Position numbers and translations under genes: made by a program
Notes under the pieces: generated by a model
The model's database searches: none
Told to the model about the DNA's origin: nothing
Seen by the model: the letters and a program-made list of their open reading frames with translations, nothing else
NCBI GenBank assembly: GCA_963729895.1
Contig: CAVSQB010000028.1
Span: forward strand, 160,001-224,000
Direction of reading: 5' to 3'
DNA: 64,000 nucleotides
Source: an uncultured Fibrobacterota bacterium
Lineage (GTDB): Bacteria > Fibrobacterota > Chitinivibrionia > Chitinivibrionales > FEN-1185
Part shown: one piece after another, positions 1 through 11,097 of the stretch
How positions within the stretch are numbered: the first letter of the stretch is position 1
Layout: each line of letters starts with the position of its first letter

Positions 1-109
1 CCTGGTCGGCGAGCCGAACCCGTTTGAGGAGCCAAGGCTCCATTTTGAGATCAGGAAGTCGACCGAGGCAATGGATCCCGTGGAGTGGCTGGAGAAGAAG
101 AAAAAATAG
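1..109 (+). CDS. 3' end of an M23-family peptidoglycan endopeptidase/EnvC-like protein (truncated by window edge)
   Basis: Frame from nt 2 reads LVGEPNPFEEPRLHFEIRKSTEAMDPVEWLEKKKK-stop (TAG 107-109); LHFEIR...DP..WL is the typical M23 C-terminus. Confidence 0.75.
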   Translation, partial: LVGEPNPFEEPRLHFEIRKSTEAMDPVEWLEKKKK

Positions 110-262
110 CGGCGGGTCCGCGCTCCAAGATAATAGATGTCTGGATTGCTGAGCGGGTGCAGCGTGGGTGTACCCGATGCAAGGCCGAATCTTCTGCTGC
201 GCGCACCCAAGAGGCGCCCGATTACCCGGATCGCAACAGACCATCAGCAAGTGGTTTATTTG

Positions 263-292
263 TTGACAAATTGGTAGAAACATGCCTATTTT
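263..292 (+). promoter_or_regulatory. Candidate sigma70 promoter for the holB operon
   Basis: Perfect TTGACA at 263-268, TATTTT at 287-292 (18-bp spacer), upstream of holB. Confidence 0.35.
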
Positions 293-545
293 AGATGGTT
301 GATGTTTGCATTGACCGCTGGATTGAGGGATGGAAGATTGCGGGCTGCTCACTGGGGTGTATCCCGCAAGGGGACTTCCAAGGGTCGCATCCAGTGGTAA
401 TCGCGGTCCTTGCAGCTTGCTGCGAGGTTCTTCAATTTTGAGAGGTCTCATCGGTTCGGTAAAGATTTCGCGCGGAAGGAATAAAAAATCCTTTCGGAAA
501 CAAACCATTGCGCCGCCATTCGACAAACCCTGACAGGTATTCCTC

Positions 546-1742
546 TTGGCCGAAAAAACTGTAAATTGGAAAAATTTGGTTGCCCAAGACCGGGTGAAAG
601 AGATGCTGAGTTCCGCGTACCATTCCGGCAATCTTGGTCATGCGTATTTGTTCTGCGGAGATGCCGGTGTTGGCAAGTTTGCAGCCGCACTCGATCTTGC
701 GCTTGCGATATTGTGCAAGAGCGAGGGGAGCGTTCCGTGTTACACGTGCGCGCAGTGCCGTAGAGCGCTCACCAACAACCATCCCGATCTCCACGTCATT
801 TTTCCGATTCTTCTTGATGATAGTCATAAGTCGGGCAACGATTTGAACCAAAAGGGATGGGAATTCATTGCGTCCGTTATACCGAAGAGGATACATTCGC
901 CTTATGTGCCGGTTTCCTATGAAGACGAGAATATTGACAAATCAGCTTTGCATAAGGTTCCGGCAATTCCAGTCGAATGGATTAAGGAGGTGAATGACGG
1001 TATTCTGCGCGGGGCGGTTGAGGGCGAGCGCACAGTCACTATCTTCTGTGATGTGGACACTATGAATGTTTATTCCGCAAACGCCATGCTCAAGACCCTG
1101 GAAGAGCCGCCGGCAAATACGTATATGTTTCTTACGACAAACAATCCAAGTGCAGTGCTGCCCACAATCGCTTCGCGTTGCCAGACCGTCCGTTTTGGAC
1201 ATGTTCCTGCACAGCAAATCAAACAGGAGCTCATGACCGCCTTTGGAACTGTCGTCAATGAAACGGGAATCACAAACGCGGTATTCTATTCAATGGGGTC
1301 TTTGGGTCGCGCTCTGGTTCAACTTGAAACCGAAAAATCGACAGACGGTGTCAAAACCCTTCAGGAAACCGCTCAGCAGGTGAAAGAATTGTGGAATGTG
1401 TGCTGTTCCGGGGACTGGCCCGCAACAACACCCTTACTGGACCGAATTTTCAAGGAAAGAAATCTTGCCGTTCATGAGCAGTTTCTTGGATTCATGCAAT
1501 ATATAATTAGAAACACCTATTTACAGAAAACGGGGTGTTCTGAGAATTATTTTGATCCCGGCAGCATTCTCGCCGATTCGAAAGGCATACTTTCTGATCC
1601 GGTTGGAAGCGATCGGCTCATGCACGCGTGCAATGATGCGCTTTCAAGCGTCAAAAGAAATGGTAATATAGCTGTTATTTTCGTCAATTTCGTCATGAAG
1701 ATCATGGAGTTGTGCAATGTCGAAGAACAGCAAATTGGTTGA
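546..1742 (+). CDS. holB: DNA polymerase III delta' subunit
   Basis: HAYLFCGDAGVGK Walker A-like, C..C..C Zn module with HPDL, ANAMLKTLEEPP, LPTIASRCQ. Confidence 0.92.
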   Translation: MAEKTVNWKNLVAQDRVKEMLSSAYHSGNLGHAYLFCGDAGVGKFAAALDLALAILCKSEGSVPCYTCAQCRRALTNNHPDLHVIFPILLDDSHKSGNDLNQKGWEFIASVIPKRIHSPYVPVSYEDENIDKSALHKVPAIPVEWIKEVNDGILRGAVEGERTVTIFCDVDTMNVYSANAMLKTLEEPPANTYMFLTTNNPSAVLPTIASRCQTVRFGHVPAQQIKQELMTAFGTVVNETGITNAVFYSMGSLGRALVQLETEKSTDGVKTLQETAQQVKELWNVCCSGDWPATTPLLDRIFKERNLAVHEQFLGFMQYIIRNTYLQKTGCSENYFDPGSILADSKGILSDPVGSDRLMHACNDALSSVKRNGNIAVIFVNFVMKIMELCNVEEQQIG

Positions 1743-2556
1743 GGTGGTGTTCAAGGGAGAACGCCGCGCCATCTACCGGAACAGAAACGAGATTGACATC
1801 AACGAGGGCGATGCGGTGGTGGTCGAAGCCGAGCGCGGCGAGGACCTGGGACGCGTCTCGCTCGTTGGCGCTCTTGTCAAGCTCAAGCGCGGCAAGGGCG
1901 ACGCAAAGGGCATCGTACGCATGGCCATCGATAAAGACATGAACCAGCACAATGCGAACCTGGCGAAGGAAAACGACGCGTACAAAGTCTGTAGGGAGAA
2001 GATCAAGCACTACAATCTCGACATGAAGCTCGTGGACGTCGAGATGCAGTTCGATGGGAGCAAGATCACCTTTTATTTCACCGCGGCCCAGCGGGTCGAC
2101 TTCCGGGAACTGGTGAAGGACCTCGCATCTGTCTATCGTACGCGCATCGAGCTGCGGCAGATCGGCGTTCGCGACGAGGCGAAACGGGTGAGTGGCTTCG
2201 GCATTTGCGGCCGCAAGCAGTGCTGCAGCGCGTTTCTCAACGAGTTCGAGCAGATCAACACCCAGATGGCCAAAGACCAGCAGATATCGCTCAATCCCTC
2301 CAAGATTTCGGGGAACTGCGGCAGGCTGCTCTGCTGCCTCCGCTACGAAAAAGAATTCTACCAGGCCGTGTTCAAGGAATACCCCCCCATCGAAAGCAAA
2401 GTGAAAATTACGGGAAAAGACGGAAAAGAGAAAGACGGCGTACTTACCTTTATCAACGTATTCAAGGACGTGGGCCAGGTGCGGTATGCGGACGGTACCG
2501 ACGAATGGCTCGCCCCGGAGGAGCTGATGAGAGGCCGCGTGAGTAATGACAAATAA
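1717..2556 (+). CDS. ricT: PSP1-domain RicT/YaaT family protein
   Basis: FYFTA..RVDFRELVKDLA, RIELRQIGVRDEAK, CGR.QCC and KISGNCGRLLCCL motifs; conserved holB-yaaT-metG context. Confidence 0.9.
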   Translation: MSKNSKLVEVVFKGERRAIYRNRNEIDINEGDAVVVEAERGEDLGRVSLVGALVKLKRGKGDAKGIVRMAIDKDMNQHNANLAKENDAYKVCREKIKHYNLDMKLVDVEMQFDGSKITFYFTAAQRVDFRELVKDLASVYRTRIELRQIGVRDEAKRVSGFGICGRKQCCSAFLNEFEQINTQMAKDQQISLNPSKISGNCGRLLCCLRYEKEFYQAVFKEYPPIESKVKITGKDGKEKDGVLTFINVFKDVGQVRYADGTDEWLAPEELMRGRVSNDK

Positions 2557-4555
2557 GAACAGCGGCGCTGCCGCCACCTACCTGGTCACGGGCGCGCTGC
2601 CCTATGCCAACGGCGATATTCACCTGGGGCACCTGCTCGAAGCGGTGCAGACCGACATTTTCGTGCGCTTCCAGAAACTGCGGGGCAACCGCGCGGTATA
2701 CGTGTGCGCCGACGACACGCACGGCACCGCCATTCAGATTAACGCCATGAAGCGCGGCGTCACGCCGCAGCAGTTGATTTCCGAAATGTGGCAGCGCCAC
2801 GCGTCGGACTATGCCGGCTTCAACATCGGGTTCGACATCTTCTACACCACCGATTCGCCGGAAAACCGTTTCTACGCGGAACTCATTTACAGGAGCCTGC
2901 GCGACAAAGGGCTTATTGAAAAAAAAGAAATATCGCAATACTTCTGCGAAACCGACGGCAGGTTTCTGCCCGACCGGTTCATCAAGGGCACATGCCCCAA
3001 ATGTGGCGCGGAAGACCAGTATGGCGATGTATGCGAAACGTGCGGGTCCACGTACGATCCGACGGACCTGAAATCGCCTTCCTGCATCACCTGCGGAAAA
3101 ACGCCGGTGCTTCGGGCCTCCACGCACTTGTACGTCCAGCTTGCTAAATGCGAACAGTTTCTCCGCGATTATACCTTGTCTTCCGACGCCCTCGCCGACG
3201 AAATAAAGAACTTTGTGCGCACGTGGATCGACGGCGGTCTCAAGGAATGGTGCATATCGCGCGACGGCCCGTATTTCGGGTTTGAAATCCCGGACATGAA
3301 GAACAAGTTTTTTTACGTGTGGCTCGACGCGCCTATCGGCTACCTTTCGTCAACAAAGAAGTGGTGCGACGAGCACAAGGAATCCGTCGGCGCGTTCTGG
3401 AGCCCCGGGTCCGGTTCGAGGCTGGTGCACTTCATCGGCAAGGACATCGTCTATTTCCACACCTTGTTCTGGCCCGTGATGCTCGACAGCGCCGGATTCA
3501 GGCTCCCGTCAAAGATCTTCGTCCATGGATTTCTGTCCGTTGCGGGCGAGAAGATGTCCAAGAGCCGCGGGACATTCATCCTTGCGCGGGATTTCCTCGA
3601 CAACGTGAAGCACCCGCAGGCCGCGGAATTCCTCCGGTTCTATTTCGGCTCAAAGCTGTCGGGCACGGCGCTCGACCTCGATTTCAACATTGATGAATTT
3701 GTCAATCGTGCCAATACCACCCTGTCCAACAACATCGGAAATTTGCACCACAGGACATTCGTATTCTGCGACCGGTATTTCGGGTCGGGCATCCCCGACG
3801 CGCCGTGGGACCCCGAGATTGCCGCACGTGTCGCCGGCGAGGGAGCTGCCATTGCGGAGGAATTCGAACGCACCGATTACAAGTCGGTAATCGAGCGGAT
3901 ACAGGCGCTGGGCGCTCTCGGCAACAAATACTACCAGGATTCCAAGCCGTGGGAGCTTGTCAAGACCGATCATGCAGCTGCGGCAGCGGTCATGGTGACG
4001 TGCGCAAACCTTGTCCGGTCGATCGCGGTGTTTCTCAAGCCCATTGTTCCCGGCTTCTGCGCAAAGGTCGAGGCCCAGTTCGGGACGACGTTTGCATGGC
4101 AGGACCACAGATTTTCATTGCGGAAAGTGAAGCTCGGAGCGACGGAAAAACTCGTCGTTCCCATCGAGCGCGCAATGCTCGATGCGCTGTTCGGAGGTGC
4201 ACAGGCCGCCGCGCCGGCCACGCAGCAAGAAACCGGGATCGACATCTCCGTGTTCAAGTCGCTCGATTTCCGCGTGGGCGTAGTGAAGCAGGCCCAGAAG
4301 ATCGAAAAATCCCAGAAGCTGCTCAAGCTGATGGTAGACACAGGGGAATCGACCATGCAGATCGTAGCGGGCATTGCGCAGTCGTATCCGCCGGAGGCGC
4401 TTGTGGGGAAGCAGGTGGTGGTGGTGGCGAACCTGAAGGCCGCCACGGTGATGGGAGTCAGGTCGGAGGGGATGCTTCTTGCCGCGCTCGAAAACGGCGC
4501 ATTATCCATAGTGCAGCCCGACAGGCCGGTTACCCCCGGCTCGAAAGTGTCGTGA
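2546..4555 (+). CDS. metG: Methionyl-tRNA synthetase with C-terminal tRNA-binding domain
   Basis: ALPYANGDIHLGH (HIGH), Zn knuckles, YVWLDAPIGY, KMSKS, C-terminal Trbp111-like domain. Confidence 0.97.
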   Translation: MTNKNSGAAATYLVTGALPYANGDIHLGHLLEAVQTDIFVRFQKLRGNRAVYVCADDTHGTAIQINAMKRGVTPQQLISEMWQRHASDYAGFNIGFDIFYTTDSPENRFYAELIYRSLRDKGLIEKKEISQYFCETDGRFLPDRFIKGTCPKCGAEDQYGDVCETCGSTYDPTDLKSPSCITCGKTPVLRASTHLYVQLAKCEQFLRDYTLSSDALADEIKNFVRTWIDGGLKEWCISRDGPYFGFEIPDMKNKFFYVWLDAPIGYLSSTKKWCDEHKESVGAFWSPGSGSRLVHFIGKDIVYFHTLFWPVMLDSAGFRLPSKIFVHGFLSVAGEKMSKSRGTFILARDFLDNVKHPQAAEFLRFYFGSKLSGTALDLDFNIDEFVNRANTTLSNNIGNLHHRTFVFCDRYFGSGIPDAPWDPEIAARVAGEGAAIAEEFERTDYKSVIERIQALGALGNKYYQDSKPWELVKTDHAAAAAVMVTCANLVRSIAVFLKPIVPGFCAKVEAQFGTTFAWQDHRFSLRKVKLGATEKLVVPIERAMLDALFGGAQAAAPATQQETGIDISVFKSLDFRVGVVKQAQKIEKSQKLLKLMVDTGESTMQIVAGIAQSYPPEALVGKQVVVVANLKAATVMGVRSEGMLLAALENGALSIVQPDRPVTPGSKVS

Positions 4556-4563
4556 GGTCGGTG

Positions 4564-6282
4564 ATGCAACCATCCATGCGTGCGGCACAAGAGACGATTG
4601 TCGTGAGACCCGCCGAAAAGGAAGCGGTGCGCAGCCTGGCGGCCGATCTTGGGGTCTCCATGACGGTGGCAACCATTCTCAACGTGCGGGGATTTACGTC
4701 CGCAGACGAATGCGCGCGCTTCTTTTCCCCCGAGCAGTCGCAGTTCCACGATCCGTTCCTGTTTAAGGACATGGAAAAATCCTGCGACCGCATTTGCGCG
4801 GCAATCCGCGACCGTGAGAAAATGTTTATTTACGGGGATTACGATGTCGATGGCGTGACGTCCACCGCACTGCTCATCCGCCTGCTTCGCCAGTTCGGCG
4901 CGGACTGCGACTACTATCTTCCCAACAGATTGACGGAAGGTTACGGGCTGTCCGCCGAAGGCGTCCGCGCCATCGCGCAGCAGGGCGGTCGCGTCATTGT
5001 CTCGGTCGACTGCGGCATCACCGCGTGCGAGGAAGTTGCGCTCGCCCGGACGCTCGGCATCGACGTGATCATCACCGACCATCACGAGCCCAAGCGGAGC
5101 GTGCCGGCCGCATTCGCCGTGCTCGATCCCAAGCTTGACTCGTGCGGCTATCCCGACGATTCCCTTGCGGGCGTGGGCGTGGCGCTCAAACTGGCGCAGG
5201 GACTCGTGCGGCGCATCGGCGGGACCGACGATCTGTGGAGCAGGTACCTTGACCTTGCCGCGGTGGGGACCGCTGCGGACATTGTCCCGCTGACGGGCGA
5301 GAACAGGATCATTGCGCACATCGGCTTCGGCCAGCTGTCGTATACCAGAAACGAAGGGCTCAAGGCGCTGCTTGCCGTCCAGGACTGCGACGGCAAGAGC
5401 CTGTCGACCGGCGACGTGGTGTTCCGCATCGCGCCGAGCATCAACGCCGTGGGGCGCCTGGGCGATCCGCGGCGCGGCGTGGAATTGCTCCTAACCGACG
5501 ATCCGGCGCTCGCCGGTCTTTACGCGCGGGAACTCAAGGAAGCCAATATCGAGCGCCGCGCGCTCGACGGCCACATTCAGGAGGAGGCCTTTGCCTGGGT
5601 GGAGGAGAACTGCGATCCCGACGCCGACTTTGCGATTGTGGCCGGGTCGCGTTCCTGGCATTGCGGGGTGGTGGGCATCGTGGCGTCCAAGGTGGTGGAA
5701 CGGTATCACCGGCCCGCGATCCTGTTTGCAATAGGGGAAAACGGCACGGCGCGGGGTTCGGGCCGGAGCATTGCCGGGTTCCATCTGCACGATGCACTCA
5801 CCGAGTGCGGAGAACTGCTCGAAGCCTTCGGCGGCCACGCTGCGGCCGCGGGCATGACCATCAAAGAGGAAAATCTTGCGGCCTTCAGGTCGAAGTTCAA
5901 CCAAATCGCGCACGACAAGCTCACGCCGTTCGATCTGGTGCCGAAGGTCACGGCCGACGCAGAGGTCCGCCTGGCCGACCTCACGCCGGAATTCTTTTCC
6001 ATCCTCAAGAAAATGGAACCGTTCGGGCCCGGCAACATGCGGCCCGTTCTGGTGTGCCGGAATGTTTCCAACCGGTTCGATCCGCGGATCGTGGGCGGCA
6101 AGCACCTCAAGATGATGGTGCGGGAGGGCGGCGCGTCGCTCGACGCGATTGCGTTCAACTTCGGCGACCGTATTGCCGACGTGGTCCGCGCGCCCGCGTA
6201 CACCATCGCCTTCTGTCTTGACGAAAACGAATGGAACGGAAAGAAAAGCCTTCAGCTGAAGGTGAGGGGAGTGGAAGTATGA
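4564..6282 (+). CDS. recJ: Single-stranded DNA exonuclease RecJ (start 4564 or GTG 4552)
   Basis: YGDYDVDG, DCGI, TDHH, GTAADIVPL, RGSGRS, FGGHAAAAG, EPFGPGN motifs. Confidence 0.95.
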   Translation: MQPSMRAAQETIVVRPAEKEAVRSLAADLGVSMTVATILNVRGFTSADECARFFSPEQSQFHDPFLFKDMEKSCDRICAAIRDREKMFIYGDYDVDGVTSTALLIRLLRQFGADCDYYLPNRLTEGYGLSAEGVRAIAQQGGRVIVSVDCGITACEEVALARTLGIDVIITDHHEPKRSVPAAFAVLDPKLDSCGYPDDSLAGVGVALKLAQGLVRRIGGTDDLWSRYLDLAAVGTAADIVPLTGENRIIAHIGFGQLSYTRNEGLKALLAVQDCDGKSLSTGDVVFRIAPSINAVGRLGDPRRGVELLLTDDPALAGLYARELKEANIERRALDGHIQEEAFAWVEENCDPDADFAIVAGSRSWHCGVVGIVASKVVERYHRPAILFAIGENGTARGSGRSIAGFHLHDALTECGELLEAFGGHAAAAGMTIKEENLAAFRSKFNQIAHDKLTPFDLVPKVTADAEVRLADLTPEFFSILKKMEPFGPGNMRPVLVCRNVSNRFDPRIVGGKHLKMMVREGGASLDAIAFNFGDRIADVVRAPAYTIAFCLDENEWNGKKSLQLKVRGVEV

Positions 6283-7649
6283 CCATGTGGAACGGGCGCT
6301 TCTCCAAACAGTCGGCACAGCTGATGGAAGCGTTCAACAACTCGCTTCCCGTGGACCGGCACCTGATCCGGGAGGACGTGGAAGGCAGCATCGCCTGGGC
6401 CGGGGCTCTGCACAAGGCCGGCATCTTGTCAAAGAAGGAATACCGTTCAATCGAACGGGGGTTGCGCGCCATCATCGAGGACTACGGGCGCGGAAAGGTC
6501 CGCTTTTACGAATCGGACGAAGACGTCCACATGGCCATCGAACGCCTGCTCGCCGAGAGGATCGGTGCATCCGGCGAAAAACTCCACACCGGACGCTCGC
6601 GAAACGACCAGGTTGTCACCGACGTGCGTATGTACGTGATGCGTCGCATACAAGGTCTGCTCACACGCCTCACCCTGCTGCAGAAAGCGCTGTACCTACG
6701 CGCCGAAAGAGACCTGGCCGTGATTGCCCCCGCGTTTACACACCTTCAGCAGGCGCAGCCCATCGTGTTGTCGCAGTATTGGCTCTCCCTCGTGTTCGCG
6801 CTGGAGCGGGAAAAGGTCAGGTTTGCAAATGCGGCATCCGGCGCGGATCTCATGCCGCTCGGCAGCGGTGCGGTTGCCGGAAGCGGTTTTCCCGTCGACA
6901 GGGATTTTCTTGCGGCAAAGCTCGGGTTCTCAAAGGTGTCGGAAAACAGCATTGACGGCGTGGCGTCGCGCGATTTTATCCTCGAAACGCTGTCGTGCTG
7001 CGTTTCGGCCGCGGTCCTGCTGTCGCGCTACGCCGAAGACCTCATTATCTGGTCGTCGAAGGAATTCGGGTTCGTGGAGCTCGACGAGGCGTGGTCGACC
7101 GGTTCCAGTATGATGCCGCAGAAGAAGAACCCGGATTCGCTTGAACTCATCCGCGGCAAGACCGGGCGGTTCATCGGCAATTACACCCGCTTTGCGACAA
7201 CCCTCAAGGGAGTCGGTCTGGCGTATTACAAAGATTTGCAGGAAGACAAGGAGCCGCTGTTCGACAGCCTGCGCCAGTTGAGCATGGTATGCGAGGTGTT
7301 TACGGCGGTCTTTGCAACGCTTACCGTGAATGCGGATGCAATGGCACAGGATCTTGATCCCTTGCTTTTCGCCACCGACGTCGCCGATTATCTTGTGTCA
7401 AAGGGCATGCCGTTCCGCAGCGCGCACAAGGTGGTGGGAAAAATCGTGGCGCACTGCATTGCGAAAAAAGTCCGGCTGCACGACGTACCCGTTGCGCAAT
7501 TCCGGGAATTCTCCCGTTTGTTCGGCCCCGATGTCAAGAAGGTCTTTTCATGGGAGCACGCGATTGCTCACCGGAATAGCGCCGGGGGAACGGGCCTGGG
7601 GAGCGTTCGGAGGCAGCTTGCGCAGGCGAAGAAATTGGTGGGGAAATAA
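6279..7649 (+). CDS. argH: Argininosuccinate lyase
   Basis: MWNGRF, HTGRSRNDQ, THLQQAQP, GSSMMPQKKNPD; ATG overlaps the recJ stop. Confidence 0.96.
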   Translation: MTMWNGRFSKQSAQLMEAFNNSLPVDRHLIREDVEGSIAWAGALHKAGILSKKEYRSIERGLRAIIEDYGRGKVRFYESDEDVHMAIERLLAERIGASGEKLHTGRSRNDQVVTDVRMYVMRRIQGLLTRLTLLQKALYLRAERDLAVIAPAFTHLQQAQPIVLSQYWLSLVFALEREKVRFANAASGADLMPLGSGAVAGSGFPVDRDFLAAKLGFSKVSENSIDGVASRDFILETLSCCVSAAVLLSRYAEDLIIWSSKEFGFVELDEAWSTGSSMMPQKKNPDSLELIRGKTGRFIGNYTRFATTLKGVGLAYYKDLQEDKEPLFDSLRQLSMVCEVFTAVFATLTVNADAMAQDLDPLLFATDVADYLVSKGMPFRSAHKVVGKIVAHCIAKKVRLHDVPVAQFREFSRLFGPDVKKVFSWEHAIAHRNSAGGTGLGSVRRQLAQAKKLVGK

Positions 7650-7665
7650 GACCGCAATAAAGATT

Positions 7666-7807
7666 TCACCACGGAGACACGGAGGATTATGGGAGATTGC
7701 CGCGTCGCTACGCTCCTCGCAATGACGTTAAGGTAATAAATGCGGGTCTAATCTTGGATTTTCAATTCTTTTATCTTTTCTCCGTGCTCTCCGTGCCTCC
7801 GTGGTGA
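7666..7807. repeat. REP-like inverted repeat pair between convergent argH and uvrA, with an internal palindromic unit
   Basis: TCACCACGGAGACACGGAG (7666-7684) vs CTCCGTGCCTCCGTGGTGA (7789-7807), 18/19 inverted match; internal GAGATTGCCGCGTCGCTACGCTCCTCGCAATGAC (7693-7726). Confidence 0.7.
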
Positions 7808-7838
7808 GTTTTGTTTTCTTACCGTCTGTGTGTCTCGC

Positions 7839-10670
7839 TCACCCCAGATACGGCCTCAAATACTTCCCCGTCGCGGAATTTGGGTTCCTCGCAATCTGTT
7901 CCGGTGTTCCCGTCGCCACCACGCGCCCGCCTTTGTCCCCGCCTTCCGGCCCCAGGTCCACGATCCAGTCGGCGCATTTGACAACGTCGAGGTTGTGTTC
8001 GATCACGATCACGGTGTTTCCTTTGTCAACAAGCTCGGCAATCACGTCCATGAGCATCTGGATGTCCGCGAAATGGAGCCCCGTGGTGGGTTCGTCGAGG
8101 ATGTACATGGTCCGGCCGGTGCCGCGTTTTGCAAGTTCCGCCGCAAGCTTGATGCGCTGCGCCTCCCCGCCGGACAGGGTGGTAGCCTGCTGGCCCAGGT
8201 GGATATAGCCGAGCCCCACGCGTGACAGCACCGCGAGTTTCGCTTTGATGGAGGGGATCCTGTCGAAGAACAGAAGCGCCTCGTCGACCGTCATGTCAAG
8301 TACATCGGCAATGGTCTTGCCCTTAAACGTGATCTCGAGCGTTTCGCGGTTGTAGCGCTTGCCGCGGCAGGTCTCACACTCAACGTAGACGTCGGGCAAA
8401 AAGTGCATTTCGATGCGCAGCAGGCCGTCGCCCTGGCACGTTTCGCACCGGCCGCCCTTCACGTTGAAACTGAAGCGTCCCGGACTGTAACCCCGTATTT
8501 TACTTTCGGGAAGCATGGTGAAAAGCGTCCGGATGTGGTCGAACGTCTTGGTGTACGTTGCCGGGTTGGAGCGGGGTGTGCGGCCGATGGGCGACTGGTC
8601 GATGTCGATAACCTTGTCGAGCATGGCCAGGCCCTTTACCTGCTTAAAGGCCAACGGCTGCAGTTTTGCATTGTTGAGCTTGCGCGCAAGCGCAGGGTAT
8701 ACCGTCTGGTTGACAAGCGTGCTCTTGCCGGAACCGGACACGCCGGTGACACATACCAGCATGCCGAGCGGGAACGACACGTCGACGGCCTTCAGGTTGT
8801 TGCCGCTTGCGCCGATCACATCCAGGGAACTTCCGTTGCCCTTCCTGCGGTTCGCAGGAAGCGGGATGCTTTTCCTTCCTGACAAGTACTGGCCCGTCAG
8901 GGACGCGGCATTTGCCATGATCTCACGAGGCGTGCCAAAGGCCACAAGTTCGCCGCCATGGACTCCGGCGCCCGGTCCGATGTCGATCACGCAGTCGGCC
9001 GCGAGCATGGTTTCCTTGTCGTGTTCGATCACGACCACGGTATTGCCCAGGTCGCGCAGGGACAAAAGCGTGTCGAGGAGTTTGCCGTTGTCGCGCGGGT
9101 GAAGCCCGATGCTCGGCTCGTCGAGGATGTAAATGACGCCCGTGAGCCGCGAACCGATCTGCGTGGCGAGCCGTATGCGCTGCGCCTCGCCGCCCGACAG
9201 GGTGGCGGACGCGCGTTCGAGCGACAGGTACGAAAGCCCTACGTTTACCAGGAACGAAAGCCGCGAACCGATTTCCTTGAGGATCTGCTTCGCGATCTGT
9301 TCCTTGCGCTTCTCCAGCGACAGGGTGGTAAAGAACTGTTTCAGCGCGTCTATCGACAGGTGCGAAAGATCGGCGATGTTGCGGCGGTCAATAAGGATGG
9401 CCAGGCTCTGCGGCTTGAGCCGCTTGCCCTTGCAGGCGAGACAGGCCCGCTGGGTCATGTATCCCTCGATCCAGCGCCGTATTTCCTCGGAGGCCGAATC
9501 GCGGTAGCGCCGCAGCAAATTTGGAATCACGCCTTCAAAGTGTCTCTTGAACTGACCATAGCCCTCGCCGGACCGGCCCTGCCATTTCATGAGAAATCGT
9601 TCGTTGCCCGCGCCGTTGAGCAGGAGGTGCTTCTGCTTGTCGGAAAGCGATTTGTAAGGCTTGTCAACCGGAATGGAGAAATGCTTGCATACCGACAGCA
9701 TCGTCTGCTGGTTCCAGCTTCCCATGGTGGCGGCCCCATTCCAGGGCACGATGGCGCCGTCGAGCAGCGAAAGCGACGGGTCGGGCACAACCAGATCCGG
9801 GTCTATTTCGAGCAGGTAGCCCAGGCCGGTGCAGGTCTCGCACGCCCCGAACGGGTTATTGAAGGAAAACATGCGCGGCGACAACTCGTCGTAGGAAATG
9901 CCGCAGTCGGGGCAGGCGAGCAGCTCCGAGAAGACGATGGGCTCCTTGTCGATAAGGTCCACGATTACCGTGCTGTTCGTGCTCAGTTTGAGCGCGGTCT
10001 CCAGAGAATCAACGAGCCTGCCTTTGATGGCGGGCCCGTTTACCAGCCGGTCCACCACGACCTCGATGGTATGTTTCTTGTTCTTGTCAAGTGGAATCTT
10101 TTCATCGAGGGTGAAGATGATGCCGTCGACCCGCACGCGAACAAACCCGTCTTTCTGGAGCTTTTCCAACAGGTCTTTGTACTCGCCCTTGCGGCCCGAT
10201 ATCACGGGCGACAGGATCTGGAATTTCGCATTCGGCGGGAGCCCGAGTACCTTGTCGGTGATCTCCTGCACGGTCTGCCGGGAAATGGCCCTGCCGCACT
10301 TGTAGCAGGTAGGATCGCCGATTCTCGCAAAAAGCAAGCGAAGGTAATCGTGAATTTCGGTGATAGTTCCCACGGTGGAGCGCGGATTGTGGCCCGTGGT
10401 CTTCTGCTCTATGGAAATCGCGGGCGACAGGCCTTCTATGGAATCCACGTCGGGCTTTTCCATGAGCCCGAGAAACTGCCGCGCGTACGCGGACAGGGAT
10501 TCAACGTACCTTCGCTGTCCTTCGGAATAGAGCGTGTCGAACGCCAACGACGATTTTCCCGAGCCCGACAGGCCGGTGATCACGGTGAGGCTGTTGCGCG
10601 GTATGGTGACGTCGATATTCTTGAGGTTGTGCTCGCGCGCGCCTTTTATGATGATGTCTTTTGGTTGCAT
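7839..10670 (-). CDS. uvrA: Excinuclease ABC subunit A
   Basis: GAREHNLKN, two Walker A ([16 protein letters not shown]), two LSGGEAQR signatures, Zn fingers. Confidence 0.98.
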   Translation of the reverse strand: MQPKDIIIKGAREHNLKNIDVTIPRNSLTVITGLSGSGKSSLAFDTLYSEGQRRYVESLSAYARQFLGLMEKPDVDSIEGLSPAISIEQKTTGHNPRSTVGTITEIHDYLRLLFARIGDPTCYKCGRAISRQTVQEITDKVLGLPPNAKFQILSPVISGRKGEYKDLLEKLQKDGFVRVRVDGIIFTLDEKIPLDKNKKHTIEVVVDRLVNGPAIKGRLVDSLETALKLSTNSTVIVDLIDKEPIVFSELLACPDCGISYDELSPRMFSFNNPFGACETCTGLGYLLEIDPDLVVPDPSLSLLDGAIVPWNGAATMGSWNQQTMLSVCKHFSIPVDKPYKSLSDKQKHLLLNGAGNERFLMKWQGRSGEGYGQFKRHFEGVIPNLLRRYRDSASEEIRRWIEGYMTQRACLACKGKRLKPQSLAILIDRRNIADLSHLSIDALKQFFTTLSLEKRKEQIAKQILKEIGSRLSFLVNVGLSYLSLERASATLSGGEAQRIRLATQIGSRLTGVIYILDEPSIGLHPRDNGKLLDTLLSLRDLGNTVVVIEHDKETMLAADCVIDIGPGAGVHGGELVAFGTPREIMANAASLTGQYLSGRKSIPLPANRRKGNGSSLDVIGASGNNLKAVDVSFPLGMLVCVTGVSGSGKSTLVNQTVYPALARKLNNAKLQPLAFKQVKGLAMLDKVIDIDQSPIGRTPRSNPATYTKTFDHIRTLFTMLPESKIRGYSPGRFSFNVKGGRCETCQGDGLLRIEMHFLPDVYVECETCRGKRYNRETLEITFKGKTIADVLDMTVDEALLFFDRIPSIKAKLAVLSRVGLGYIHLGQQATTLSGGEAQRIKLAAELAKRGTGRTMYILDEPTTGLHFADIQMLMDVIAELVDKGNTVIVIEHNLDVVKCADWIVDLGPEGGDKGGRVVATGTPEQIARNPNSATGKYLRPYLG

Positions 10671-10802
10671 GGGATTGATGATTCTTGGTTGAGGCGCCTT
10701 CCGGGCCCGGATAGTTGATGCCGGAAAGTCTGGTTAAAATTACAACGTGGGGTTTTGGGATTGTTGGAGAATTTGGGCGGCTTATTGATTGAGGTTGTAG
10801 GA

Positions 10803-10926
10803 AAAGAGTTGGGCGCCCGGCTGCTGAAACAAGTCAGGACACAGGGCGTTTCCCTCGCTACGTTCGGGTCGGCCCTCCCTCTGGGCTCAGCCAGATGGCC
10901 TCGGTGCCGCCTGTCCTGCCTAACGC
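10803..10926 (+). repeat. Structured intergenic repeat/ncRNA, copy 1 of 3 (Flavo-1-like)
   Basis: AAAGAGTTGGGCG ... GGGCGTTTCCC..GGGTCGGCCCTCC ... GTCCTGCCTAACGC, shared with 27636-27810(-) and 54990-55161(+). Confidence 0.6.
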
Positions 10927-11097
10927 GGGGCAGAAGATCGGTTCCGCTCTTGTCAACGCATGCTGTCGCCTAGACTTATCCAACATTCCCATCCTTCTTC
11001 CCGCCATCAGCGCACTGTGTGGCCTGGGTTTTAGCCCAGGTTCATTAAAAATGCATTTGTGGATTGATGTGCGCCCCGTGTCGATAAGAGGGTAGTC

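Noticed and set aside
3805..4563. Apparent 253-aa N-terminal extension of RecJ overlapping metG
   Set aside because: It is an open alternative frame inside metG in GC-rich DNA; RecJ-like sequence begins only near 4552-4564
8958..10718. 586-aa ORF antisense to uvrA (similar cases: 36008-37636 vs xfp, 32169-34508 vs metH, 3970-5319)
   Set aside because: Shadow ORFs from GC-rich codon usage; no recognisable motifs
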